A stretch of 64,000 nt of DNA from an uncultured Bacilli bacterium. GTDB lineage: Bacteria; Bacillota_I; Bacilli_A; RF39; UBA660. The stretch spans positions 1-64,000 of the forward strand of contig CANQQV010000004.1 of assembly GCA_947626095.1 (NCBI GenBank), given 5' to 3'. Shown here piece after piece: positions 1 through 8,482 of this stretch. Position 1 is the first letter of the stretch. Each line of letters begins with the position of its first letter. The notes beneath the pieces were generated by a model. It was given only the letters and a program-made list of their open reading frames with translations. It ran no database searches and was not told where the DNA came from. The position numbers and the translations under genes are program-made.

Positions 1-495
1 GATCCTTTTATTCTCAATTTAACCGGATTAAAACAAAACTACATTGAAACTGAATAGGAACAAGCTATGGTCGAAAAAATAAAAACTGTATTATTAGAAT
101 TAGGAAATGGATTTAGTTTTGTTGGAAACCAATATAAACTAGAAGTTGGAAACAAAGAATATTTTATTGATTTATTATTTTATCATACTAAACTTCATTG
201 TTATGTTGTGGTTGAACTAAAAAATACTGAATTTAAACCCGAATATATAGGAAAAGTTAATTTTTATCTATCAGCAATAGACGATTTAGTCAAAAATAAA
301 CAAGATAATCCAAGTATAGGATTAATACTTTGCCGAGATAAAAATAAATTTTCGGTCGAATATGCTTTAAAAGATATACATAAACCTATTGGAGTTAGTT
401 CATATGAATTATCAGAATATCTACCACATGAAATTTTAAAAGAATTACCAACTGAAGAAGAATTAAATTTACATATTGATCTAGAAGGTAAATAG
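1..495 (+). pseudogene. YhcG/DUF1016 PDDEXK nuclease-family gene, C-terminal part (5' end outside the window), interrupted by in-frame TAG at 55-57
   Basis: Frame 1 reads DPFILNLTGLKQNYIETE*EQAMVEKIK then LELGNGFSFVGNQY, FIDLLFYH, VVVELK, GKVNFYL, SIGLILC, which are typical DUF1016 motifs. The stop falls where Leu of E.ELE.A is expected. Confidence 0.8.
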
Positions 496-515
496 AGTCA
501 TTTTGATATTTATAA

Positions 516-680
516 AGTAAAAGAATTGACGAAGTATTTGATCATAAAAAAGCAATTAAAAGAGTAGTTGATTATTATCGTCAAAAAGGATATTCTTTAG
601 AATGCATAGTAGCTAAATTAAAAGCTATGCTAGATTGTTATAATTTTAATGATGTATGGCAGGAGTGAGAAATAAAGAAG
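516..680 (+). pseudogene. Fragment of a BRO-N/antirepressor-associated protein
   Basis: Reads KRIDEVFDHKKAIKRVVDYYRQKGYSLECIVAKLKAMLDCYNFNDVWQE*, resembling the ERIDE..DPE.AI.R....Y..KGYS..WI..RL segment of BRO-family proteins. No start codon or RBS; TGA at 666-668. Confidence 0.55.
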
Positions 681-709
681 ATAACTCTAGTAAATAGAGT
701 TATTTTTTT
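681..709 (+). terminator. Intrinsic terminator
   Basis: ATAACTCTA-GTAAA-TAGAGTTAT followed by a T-run. Confidence 0.75.
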
Positions 710-730
710 ACATCTTTATAAATTAGGGGA

Positions 731-759
731 TTGACAAGTGTATAAAGTACGCATATAAT
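731..759 (+). promoter_or_regulatory. Consensus sigma-A promoter of the five-gene operon
   Basis: TTGACA (731-736), 17-bp spacer, TATAAT (754-759). Confidence 0.85.
735..755. promoter_or_regulatory. Operator 1 (GT-N7-AC imperfect palindrome) lying between -35 and -10
   Basis: CAAGTGTATAAAGTACGCATA, 15/21 identical to operator 2. Confidence 0.55.
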
Positions 760-870
760 TAAATTGTAAATAGAGGAATAATATTATGGCCATAAATTTC
801 TAGATTTACAATACAACTTAAAAGATATTTTAAGAAGAGCATTTAACAATGCTTTAAAATTTTCATTATT

Positions 871-891
871 AATGTGTACAAAATACACATT
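871..891. promoter_or_regulatory. Operator 2 (21-bp GT-N7-AC palindrome) abutting the RBS
   Basis: AATGTGTA-CAAAA-TACACATT directly before GGAGG (892-896). Confidence 0.6.
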
Positions 892-901
892 GGAGGAAGA
901 A

Positions 902-1798
902 ATGAAAAAAGATTGTAAATTAATTGGAACTTTGCCATCTTTGCATGATAATCAAGGTCTCGATTTAATGCTTAGTTCCAAAGAAATAGCTGAAGTTAGA
1001 TTTAATAGTGGAATAAATGAATTACTTAAAGCAAAAGAAATTATTGAAAAACTAAAAATCCTGGAAGAGTGGTATAAAAAGAAAATATGGCTTGATTTAA
1101 AAGGAAGACAGTTAAGAGTTACAGCTTGGGCCGATCCTTTTTATGAAGCGGTTGAATTAAATCATGAAATAGAAATTGAATATCCTGCTAAAATAATCTT
1201 TCGTGGTGATAATACTTCTAATATTATTCATACTTTAAAAAACAAAATTGTTTTAGATCGTCCACCTGAAAGAGCTGTTGGTAAAGGTCAATCAGTAAAT
1301 ATTATTGCTAAATCATTAGAAATAAAAGGCTATTTAACTGCGCATGATCAAGAACTAATAAGTTTAAGTAAAGAATATGGCTTAAATAATTATATGGCGT
1401 CATTTGTCGAAAACATTACTGACTTAAGTGAAATAACTAAATTAAATCAAGAAGCTCATATAATAGCTAAAATTGAATCCTTAAAAGGTTTAGACTTCGT
1501 CAGAAATACTAAAGAGATTCATTTAATGGCCGCCAGAGATGACTTATATATTGAAACTGGGGAAAAGATAGCCATGCTTAAATACTTAAAAGAAATTATT
1601 CAAAAAGATCCTGAAGCTATCTGTGCCTCACGAATATTTCAATCCTTAAATACATCACCCAATATTTCATTATCTGATTATGAAGATTTAGAATTGATGT
1701 ATCGCTATGGGTATCGTAATTTTATGTTAGGTGATGAAATAAGAGGTCCAAAACTAGTAAAAGCCCTAAATGCTTGGAGGAGTTTTGTTAATGACTAA
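902..1798 (+). CDS. Pyruvate-kinase-like barrel protein lacking the C-terminal regulatory domain
   Basis: VRFNSG, WLDLKGRQLR, MASFVE, IIAKIES.KG, MAARDDLYIE and FMLGDE parallel the PK motifs RLNFSHG, LDLKGPEIR, SFVR, IIAKIE, MVARGDLGVE and VMLSGE. RBS GGAGG favours ATG 902 over 872. Confidence 0.75.
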   Translation: MKKDCKLIGTLPSLHDNQGLDLMLSSKEIAEVRFNSGINELLKAKEIIEKLKILEEWYKKKIWLDLKGRQLRVTAWADPFYEAVELNHEIEIEYPAKIIFRGDNTSNIIHTLKNKIVLDRPPERAVGKGQSVNIIAKSLEIKGYLTAHDQELISLSKEYGLNNYMASFVENITDLSEITKLNQEAHIIAKIESLKGLDFVRNTKEIHLMAARDDLYIETGEKIAMLKYLKEIIQKDPEAICASRIFQSLNTSPNISLSDYEDLELMYRYGYRNFMLGDEIRGPKLVKALNAWRSFVND

Positions 1799-3200
1799 AG
1801 CTTATATTGTCAGTGGTTGTTGTTTTGGTGATGAAGGTAAAGGTACGTTATCAGATTACTTGGCTCATAAATATAATTTAAAAGAAAATATTCGTTATAA
1901 CGGTGGTAGTCATGCAAGTCATACTGTAATTGTTGATGGTATCTTACATAAATTTAGTCAACTAGGATCTATCTTCTTAAATGATGATACTAAAACATAT
2001 TTATCAGCCAATACCATTGTTAATCCCTTTAATCTAGTTACGGAAGCGCAAAACCTAGCTATTAAAACTGGTCTAAAAGTTGAAGATATCTTATCTCGTG
2101 TTTATATTGATAAAAATGCTAGTGTTGTAACTCCATATCATAGTTTAATTAACAAGGTCAGAGAATTAAGTGATGAAAGTAAACGTACTGGTAGTGTTGG
2201 TACCGGTGTTAGTGAAGTAAACAAAGTAAAAAAGATAACTGGTATTGATATTAAAATGAAAGATTTTCTTAATGGCGAAGCTAGATACAAATTATTAGAA
2301 CTATTTATGTATACCAGAAAATTTGTTTTACAAAACAAAGATAAAATAGCTGAAGATAAGTATTATAAATATCTTGATGTTCAAGAACTAGAAAAATTAA
2401 TTGCCATAAGAAATAAATACTATATCATTAATTGCTATCAAAATATTATGCATAGTAATTTATTAAATATTGTAAGTAGTATCAAAGAATTTCATCAAGG
2501 AAAAGATATGTTATTTGAAGGATCTCAAGCTGTTTTAATCGATCATGAATATGGTTTTAAACCTAATACTACTTCTTTAGATACAACTAATCACTATGGT
2601 GTTAAGTTAGCTCATGATTTAAATGCTAATATTATCAGATATGGTGCGATAAGTTCCCTTGCATCTCGTCATGGAATGGGACCATTACCAACATATGATG
2701 ATTATTTAGAAGAGCGAATCTTTGATTGCAATCAAACTCCATCATATTTTCAAGGTGTTCCAACTTACGGTTGGTTTGATGCGCTTTTAATTAGATATTC
2801 TTTAAAAGTATCCGAAAATGATTGTTTATTCATGTCTGCCTTAGATCGTTTAAGTAAACTTGATTATCTTAAAATTTGTAATGAATACTTGTATAAAGGT
2901 CCAATCGATGAAGAATTTAAAGAGCTATTTAATTATGAAGAAGATAAAGGCCATGTTATTATTCATGATATAAATAAACCAAGTGCTAACTTAAAAAAAT
3001 ATATTGTTAATTGTGTACCAATTTATCTTACCTTACCAAGTTTTAAAGAAGATATAAGTGATATTAAAGACTTTAAATCTTTACCGCTAGAGTGTCAGCA
3101 TTATGTCGCCTTAATCGAAAAATTAATTAATAAAAAAATTACCTTAGTAGGTATTGGACCAGAAAGAAATCAAAAGTTAGAAAGGAAGCCTTTAATATAA
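1791..3200 (+). CDS. Divergent adenylosuccinate synthetase-like ligase
   Basis: FGDEGKG, RYNGGSHASHT, VVTPYH, FEGSQA, GPLPT, GWFD, GIGPER. RBS GGAGG favours ATG 1791, which overlaps the upstream stop. Confidence 0.85.
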   Translation: MTKAYIVSGCCFGDEGKGTLSDYLAHKYNLKENIRYNGGSHASHTVIVDGILHKFSQLGSIFLNDDTKTYLSANTIVNPFNLVTEAQNLAIKTGLKVEDILSRVYIDKNASVVTPYHSLINKVRELSDESKRTGSVGTGVSEVNKVKKITGIDIKMKDFLNGEARYKLLELFMYTRKFVLQNKDKIAEDKYYKYLDVQELEKLIAIRNKYYIINCYQNIMHSNLLNIVSSIKEFHQGKDMLFEGSQAVLIDHEYGFKPNTTSLDTTNHYGVKLAHDLNANIIRYGAISSLASRHGMGPLPTYDDYLEERIFDCNQTPSYFQGVPTYGWFDALLIRYSLKVSENDCLFMSALDRLSKLDYLKICNEYLYKGPIDEEFKELFNYEEDKGHVIIHDINKPSANLKKYIVNCVPIYLTLPSFKEDISDIKDFKSLPLECQHYVALIEKLINKKITLVGIGPERNQKLERKPLI

Positions 3201-3766
3201 TGAATATAGTAATCGCCGGCATGACTTGTAGTGGTAAAAGTACTTTAGCTAATTTAATTGCTACTAAGTTTAGTAATGTCACTATTTTAAGAGAAGATGA
3301 CTACATGAAAGATTTAAAAGATATTCCTCATCTAAGAAATTATTATCTTCTTGATTTACCACGTGCTTATGAAACAGAAGAATATTTAAATGATAGTCTT
3401 ACCCTAATTAGGGAAGGCCAAATACTATACCCAACTTATGATGTTCGAAATAATCAAAGAATATCTAAAACCGAAATAAAAGTAAGAGGGGACATTAATG
3501 TTTTTGAAGGCTTACATACCATCGATACTTTAGCAAGTATTCCTGGGACTTTAAAAATTTTTATGGATATTCCCCTTGATATATGTTTACAAAGAAGAAT
3601 TGCTAGGGATACAAAAGAGTATGGTCTTAGTGAAGATTACATTAAACGATATTTTAAAGAGATAATTGAAAGTATTTATTGGTCGCATATTTCGAAACAA
3701 AAAGCCGCATCCGATATCGTTATTGAGAAAGAAAGTGATATAAAATGTCTTTTAAAGAAGCTGTAG
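3200..3766 (+). CDS. Uridine kinase/phosphoribulokinase-like P-loop kinase
   Basis: Walker A GMTCSGKST, EDDYMK, PTYD, VFEGLH, RRIARD. Confidence 0.8.
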   Translation: MNIVIAGMTCSGKSTLANLIATKFSNVTILREDDYMKDLKDIPHLRNYYLLDLPRAYETEEYLNDSLTLIREGQILYPTYDVRNNQRISKTEIKVRGDINVFEGLHTIDTLASIPGTLKIFMDIPLDICLQRRIARDTKEYGLSEDYIKRYFKEIIESIYWSHISKQKAASDIVIEKESDIKCLLKKL

Positions 3767-4788
3767 ATATCTTAACTTCTGCTAAACGACCATTTGAAGT
3801 ATTTGGCGGGTATTCGGAAGAAGAAATTAAAAAAAGCTACCATGGTTACGTTAAAATCTGTCATCCTGATATCGTTAATAATGAGTACAAAGATATGGCC
3901 GAAAAGATAATGAAAATTTTAAATGATTTTTATAAAAGAGCACTTCTTGAACTAAAAAAAGGTATATATGATCTTACTGATGAAAAAGAAGTTTTAAAAG
4001 CTGAAGAACCATTATTTACCTTTACTATTAGAAATAAAGAGTATAAATTTTATAAATATTTATATAGTGAAGATATCGCTGATATTTACGAAGGATTATG
4101 TGAAGATGATATCGTTTTAATTAAAATATGTAGTGATGAAAATGATAATGATTTAATTAAAAACGAATATCAAACATTACTTAAACTTAATCATGCCTCA
4201 ATTCCTAAAGTTATTACTAGATTAAAGGTTAATGATAAAGAAGCCCTTATTATGTATAAACCAGATGGTTTAAGTATCGAAGAGTTATTACGTGATTACG
4301 GTTATTTGAGTGGCGAACATATCTGTTGGGTATTAGAAAGATTATTATCTTGTATTGGTTATTTACATTCTTTAAAAATAGTTCACGGTAATATTAAAGA
4401 AGATAATATTTTAATTAATCCTGATACCCATAATGTCATTTTAAAAGATTATAGCTTATGTATTATTAATGCTAATGAAAAAGATAGTACTTATAAAATA
4501 ATCAACGATTCTTATACCCCAACTTATGTTAGTAAAGACAGTAAAGTAATACCTAATACTGATATCTATGCTGTTGGCAAAATAGCTATTAAATTACTTG
4601 GAGGTGATATCGATAGAGTAGGATTACCAATTAATTGCGATATTAGAGTAAGACAATTTATTAGAAAATTACTTGATCAAAATTCCAATGACGCATGGCA
4701 GTTATGGGATGAATTAATCAAAATAAGAACTGAAGTTTATGGAAGTAAAAGATTTCAAACATTAAGAAAAGTAAGGAGGAATGTTTAA
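3745..4788 (+). CDS. J-domain (DnaJ) plus protein-kinase-fold fusion
   Basis: N-terminal EEIKKSY..KICHPD; kinase motifs VLIKI, NEY, HGNIKEDNILI, KDYS, DIYAVG. Confidence 0.8.
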   Translation: MSFKEAVDILTSAKRPFEVFGGYSEEEIKKSYHGYVKICHPDIVNNEYKDMAEKIMKILNDFYKRALLELKKGIYDLTDEKEVLKAEEPLFTFTIRNKEYKFYKYLYSEDIADIYEGLCEDDIVLIKICSDENDNDLIKNEYQTLLKLNHASIPKVITRLKVNDKEALIMYKPDGLSIEELLRDYGYLSGEHICWVLERLLSCIGYLHSLKIVHGNIKEDNILINPDTHNVILKDYSLCIINANEKDSTYKIINDSYTPTYVSKDSKVIPNTDIYAVGKIAIKLLGGDIDRVGLPINCDIRVRQFIRKLLDQNSNDAWQLWDELIKIRTEVYGSKRFQTLRKVRRNV

Positions 4789-5723
4789 TGGGTGGATCTA
4801 GTTATGATAGAGATGTATATAGTGGAAGTAGTTATGATAATTGGGGGACAAGTGATTATTCAGCAACCAGGTTTACAAGGCGTACAATCGATAGTGATTT
4901 AAATCCGGTCGGCAAGAAAATTATTAGTCAAAGTAAACATCCCATAGTAATTGTTTTAGATGTAACCGGCTCCAATATTAATTTTGCTCGTTTGGTTTAT
5001 GATAAACTACCAATGTTTTATGGTAATATTGAACAAAAAGGTTATTTAAATGATTTTGATATATGTATTTGTGCTGTCGGTGATGCTAAATACGATAGTT
5101 ATCCAATTCAAATCGGAACTCCAGCTAAAGGAATCGAAATTGATTCATGGCTTGAAAAAATAGTCTTAGAAAGTGGTGGTGGCGGTAATGAATATGAATC
5201 ATACGAAGTAATGGCTCATTATTTGGCGACCAACACTGAATTTAAAGAAGATGCTGAACCAGTCTTATTCTTTATTGGTGATGAATCAACTAGTGAAATA
5301 GTATCAAAAAGAGAATGTGATCATCTTGGTATACCATGTCCTGAAGATTATAATCCATGGCCAGCTTTAAGAAAGAAATTTAAAGATAATATCTATGTTA
5401 TGCTAAACAAATATTGTGGTAATAGTTTTAATGAACGTTTTACCAAAACTTGGGAAAAAGTAATGCCCCCAGAACATACCATCAAAATCCCCGAAGAAAA
5501 AGCTATTGTCGATTTAATGTTAGGTGTCCTAGCCTTACAAAAAGAAGAGTTAGATGTTTATGCGTTAGATATGGGACTAAGAGGTCAAACAACCAAACGA
5601 ATTACTGGGGTTACTGAAGCCTTAAAAGATTTAGCTAACACAACCGCCTTATCAACTAATATTTCGACTAATCTTCCAACTGATACGGTCATGAAATTAA
5701 CTAAAAAAGGTAAAAGACTATAA
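4788..5723 (+). CDS. vWA (MIDAS) domain protein
   Basis: IVIVLDVTGS, AVGDA, SGGGGNEYESY, FFIGDE. Confidence 0.8.
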   Translation: MGGSSYDRDVYSGSSYDNWGTSDYSATRFTRRTIDSDLNPVGKKIISQSKHPIVIVLDVTGSNINFARLVYDKLPMFYGNIEQKGYLNDFDICICAVGDAKYDSYPIQIGTPAKGIEIDSWLEKIVLESGGGGNEYESYEVMAHYLATNTEFKEDAEPVLFFIGDESTSEIVSKRECDHLGIPCPEDYNPWPALRKKFKDNIYVMLNKYCGNSFNERFTKTWEKVMPPEHTIKIPEEKAIVDLMLGVLALQKEELDVYALDMGLRGQTTKRITGVTEALKDLANTTALSTNISTNLPTDTVMKLTKKGKRL

Positions 5724-5751
5724 AGAAGCAAAGAAATTTGCTTCTTTCTTT
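5722..5751 (+). terminator. Terminator closing the five-gene operon
   Basis: AAAGAAGCAAA-GAAA-TTTGCTTCTTT followed by CTTT. Confidence 0.75.
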
Positions 5752-5830
5752 ATACCCCTAAATTTATTAAAGTCTTTTCAAATAACTCATTTAATGATAA
5801 AATTATAGTGTACTTAAGAAGGTGTGTTAT

Positions 5831-6073
5831 ATGAACGATAATACAAGTTTATTTGATGTCAATGTCGTTAAAAAGCAACTAATTTCCACAACTTTAAAAG
5901 AAATTTCTGTTGCTTTAACCGAAAGGGGATATAATCCTACTAATCAAATAGTTGGTTACTTAATTAGTGGTGATCCAGGTTATATATCTAACTATAAAGA
6001 TTGTCGTAGTAAGATTTTAAATCTTGATCGTGCTGAAATAGTTGCTACTATTATTGAAGATTATTTAAAGTAA
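5831..6073 (+). CDS. ireB: IreB family regulatory phosphoprotein (UPF0297)
   Basis: ALTERGYNPTNQIVGYLISGDPGYI; lies upstream of ruvX. Confidence 0.93.
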   Translation: MNDNTSLFDVNVVKKQLISTTLKEISVALTERGYNPTNQIVGYLISGDPGYISNYKDCRSKILNLDRAEIVATIIEDYLK

Positions 6074-6074
6074 G

Positions 6075-6494
6075 ATGAGATGCTTAGGACTTGACTTAGG
6101 AACTAGAACTCTAGGTTTGGCTTTATCTGATAAAACTAATACTATTTCTTCACCATATAAAGTTTTAAGATGGAATGGTGAAGATTATAATTTATTATTT
6201 AAAGATTTAGATAATATTATCAAAGAAAAAGAAATAACTGATTTAGTTTTAGGTCTACCCAAAAATATGAATAATACACTAGGTTTTGCGACGGAAAGAA
6301 GTACAAAATTTAAAGAAGCTTTAGAAAGTAGATATCATTTAGAAGTTCATTTAATTGATGAACGTTTAACAACTATTATGGCCGAAAATACTTTATTAGA
6401 AGCTGATATGAGTCGCGCTAAAAGAAAGAAAGTAATCGATGAGATAGCTGCAAGTATCATCCTTGATACCTATCTAAAAATGAAAGGAAAATAA
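6075..6494 (+). CDS. ruvX: Holliday junction resolvase-like / pre-16S rRNA nuclease YqgF
   Basis: LGLDLGTRTLGLA, GLPKNM, IDERLTT. Confidence 0.95.
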   Translation: MRCLGLDLGTRTLGLALSDKTNTISSPYKVLRWNGEDYNLLFKDLDNIIKEKEITDLVLGLPKNMNNTLGFATERSTKFKEALESRYHLEVHLIDERLTTIMAENTLLEADMSRAKRKKVIDEIAASIILDTYLKMKGK

Positions 6495-6496
6495 AT

Positions 6497-6784
6497 ATGG
6501 AAGAAAAAAAAGGAGTTTTTACAATCGTCAATGACCAAGGAGAAGAAGTAGAATGTGAAATACTATTTACTTTTGATTCTGACGAAACTAAGAAAAGTTA
6601 TATTGTCTATACTGACAATACTTTAGATGATGAAGGTAGTACTAAAGTATATGCTTCAGTATATGATCCAACTGGTCAGGACCCAACTTTAATGCCAATC
6701 GAAACGGAAAAAGAATGGTTAGTTATTGAAAATATTTTATCTTCTGTTCAAGAAAAAATAAACGATGCTCAGGCTGAAAACTAA
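6497..6784 (+). CDS. DUF1292 (YrzB-like) protein
   Basis: Acidic; EILFTFDS..KSYIVY, PIETEKEW; conserved gene order. Confidence 0.88.
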   Translation: MEEKKGVFTIVNDQGEEVECEILFTFDSDETKKSYIVYTDNTLDDEGSTKVYASVYDPTGQDPTLMPIETEKEWLVIENILSSVQEKINDAQAEN

Positions 6785-6787
6785 TAT

Positions 6788-7876
6788 ATGAAAAAAGTTG
6801 TTATAGTTTTAAGCGTTTTATTAGCTGTAATATTATTATCTATTGGCGGATCTGTTATTTATTATAATAATGGTTTAAAAGCTGTCGATGAATCCATTAA
6901 AGATGTTAAAGAAGAAGACACCATCTTCTTTATTGTTAAACCAGGTGATGCTTCTAAAACTATCATTGATAATTTGGCTAATGCTGGTTTAATTAAGAAT
7001 AAGCAAGTAGCTTATATTTATATCAAACTTCATAAAGTAAGCTTACAAGCTGGTACCTACGAATTAAATCGTGGTATGAGTTTTACTGAAATAGTTGATA
7101 AAATGGCTAATGGTGAAATAGCTGATAATACACTTAATGTAACCTTTATTGAAGGTAAAAGACTAGTTAATTATGTCAAAGTAATTAGTGATAACTTTGG
7201 TTATAGTGAAGATGAAATATTAGAAACAATTAGTAATAAAGATTATCTAAAAGAACTTATAAATAATTATTGGTTCTTGACGGATGATATATTAAATGAT
7301 AAGTTATATTATGCCCTTGAAGGTTATCTATCACCTGATACTTACACTTTCTATGAAGATGCTAGTATTAAAGATATAATAAAAGTTTTATTAGATGAAA
7401 CTAATAAAAAACTAGAACCTTATAAAGAGCAGATAGAAAATAGTAATTATTCTATTCATGAAATATTAACCTTAGCTAGTATTGTTGAATTAGAAGGTAA
7501 TAATAGTGATGATCGTGCTGGCGTAGCTGGAGTATTTTATAATCGCTTAAAAGCTAATATGAGCTTAGGTAGCGATGTTACTGCTTACTATGGAGCTCGT
7601 GTTGAACTTAGTGATCGTGAACTATATCAACAAGAAATAGATGATCCCAACGCTTATAATACACGACCTGCTAGTATGGCTGGTAAATTACCAGTTGGAC
7701 CTATTTGTAGTCCTAGTATAGATTCATTAGTAGCAGCTATTAAACCAGAAGAACATGATTATTTCTTCTTTGTCGCTGATATTAATAAAAAGACTTATTT
7801 TACTAAAACTAATGAAGAACATGTTGCTAAGATAGCTGAACTAAAACAAAAAGGGTTATGGTTTAATTACGATTAA
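6788..7876 (+). CDS. mltG: Endolytic transglycosylase MltG
   Basis: N-terminal TM helix, LEGYLSPDTY, LASIVELE, VFYNRL, YNT, GPICSP. Confidence 0.95.
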   Translation: MKKVVIVLSVLLAVILLSIGGSVIYYNNGLKAVDESIKDVKEEDTIFFIVKPGDASKTIIDNLANAGLIKNKQVAYIYIKLHKVSLQAGTYELNRGMSFTEIVDKMANGEIADNTLNVTFIEGKRLVNYVKVISDNFGYSEDEILETISNKDYLKELINNYWFLTDDILNDKLYYALEGYLSPDTYTFYEDASIKDIIKVLLDETNKKLEPYKEQIENSNYSIHEILTLASIVELEGNNSDDRAGVAGVFYNRLKANMSLGSDVTAYYGARVELSDRELYQQEIDDPNAYNTRPASMAGKLPVGPICSPSIDSLVAAIKPEEHDYFFFVADINKKTYFTKTNEEHVAKIAELKQKGLWFNYD

Positions 7877-7888
7877 GGAGAATCGATA

Positions 7889-8482
7889 ATGAAAGAACAA
7901 ATAATTGAAATGGAACATTATGCTAAAGAACATAATGTCCCAATTATAGAAAAGGATTCAATCGCCTTTATCTTAAAATTTATTAAAGTAAATGACGTTA
8001 AAGAAATCCTTGAAATAGGTAGTGCCATAGGTTATTCTGCTATTTTAATGGCATCTGTTAAAGATGATGTTAAAGTTACAACTATTGAACGTGATGAAAC
8101 AAGATATATGGAATGCCTTAAAAATGTTAAAAAATGTGGCTTAGAAAAAAGAATTGAAGTAGTTTATCAAGATGCCTTAGAAGTTAATTTATCTGGTGTA
8201 AGCTATGATTTAATTTTTATCGATGCTGCTAAAGGTCAATATACTAAATTCTTTGAAAAATATAAATACTTCCTAAAACCTGGTGGTGTTATTATTTCTG
8301 ACAATTTAAAATTCCATGGCCATGTAGGTAATCGAAGTCAAATCGCTAGTCGTAATTTAAAACAATTAGTTGGCAAAATTGAAAATTACATTGATTTTCT
8401 TAAAAATAATGATGAATTTGAAACTAAATTTTATGATGTAGGAGACGGCTTATCTGTAAGCATCAGAAAAGATGATATCTAA
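7889..8482 (+). CDS. trmR: tRNA 5-hydroxyuridine O-methyltransferase (TrmR/YrrM)
   Basis: ILEIGSAIGYSA, DLIFIDAAKGQY; lies between mltG and the U32 genes. Confidence 0.85.
   Translation: MKEQIIEMEHYAKEHNVPIIEKDSIAFILKFIKVNDVKEILEIGSAIGYSAILMASVKDDVKVTTIERDETRYMECLKNVKKCGLEKRIEVVYQDALEVNLSGVSYDLIFIDAAKGQYTKFFEKYKYFLKPGGVIISDNLKFHGHVGNRSQIASRNLKQLVGKIENYIDFLKNNDEFETKFYDVGDGLSVSIRKDDI

Noticed and set aside
55-57. TAG or TGA recoding (alternative genetic code)
   Set aside because: TAG ends several intact genes (e.g. 493-495, 10469-10471, 31647-31649), Trp is encoded by TGG, and core genes are uninterrupted. A single lesion or sequencing error is simpler.
1791-3200. PurZ (Z-genome, 2-aminoadenine pathway)
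   Set aside because: PurZ has Ser at the Asp13 position and retains aspartate-binding residues. This protein has GDEGKG, lacks that loop, and has no phage, DatZ or MazZ context.
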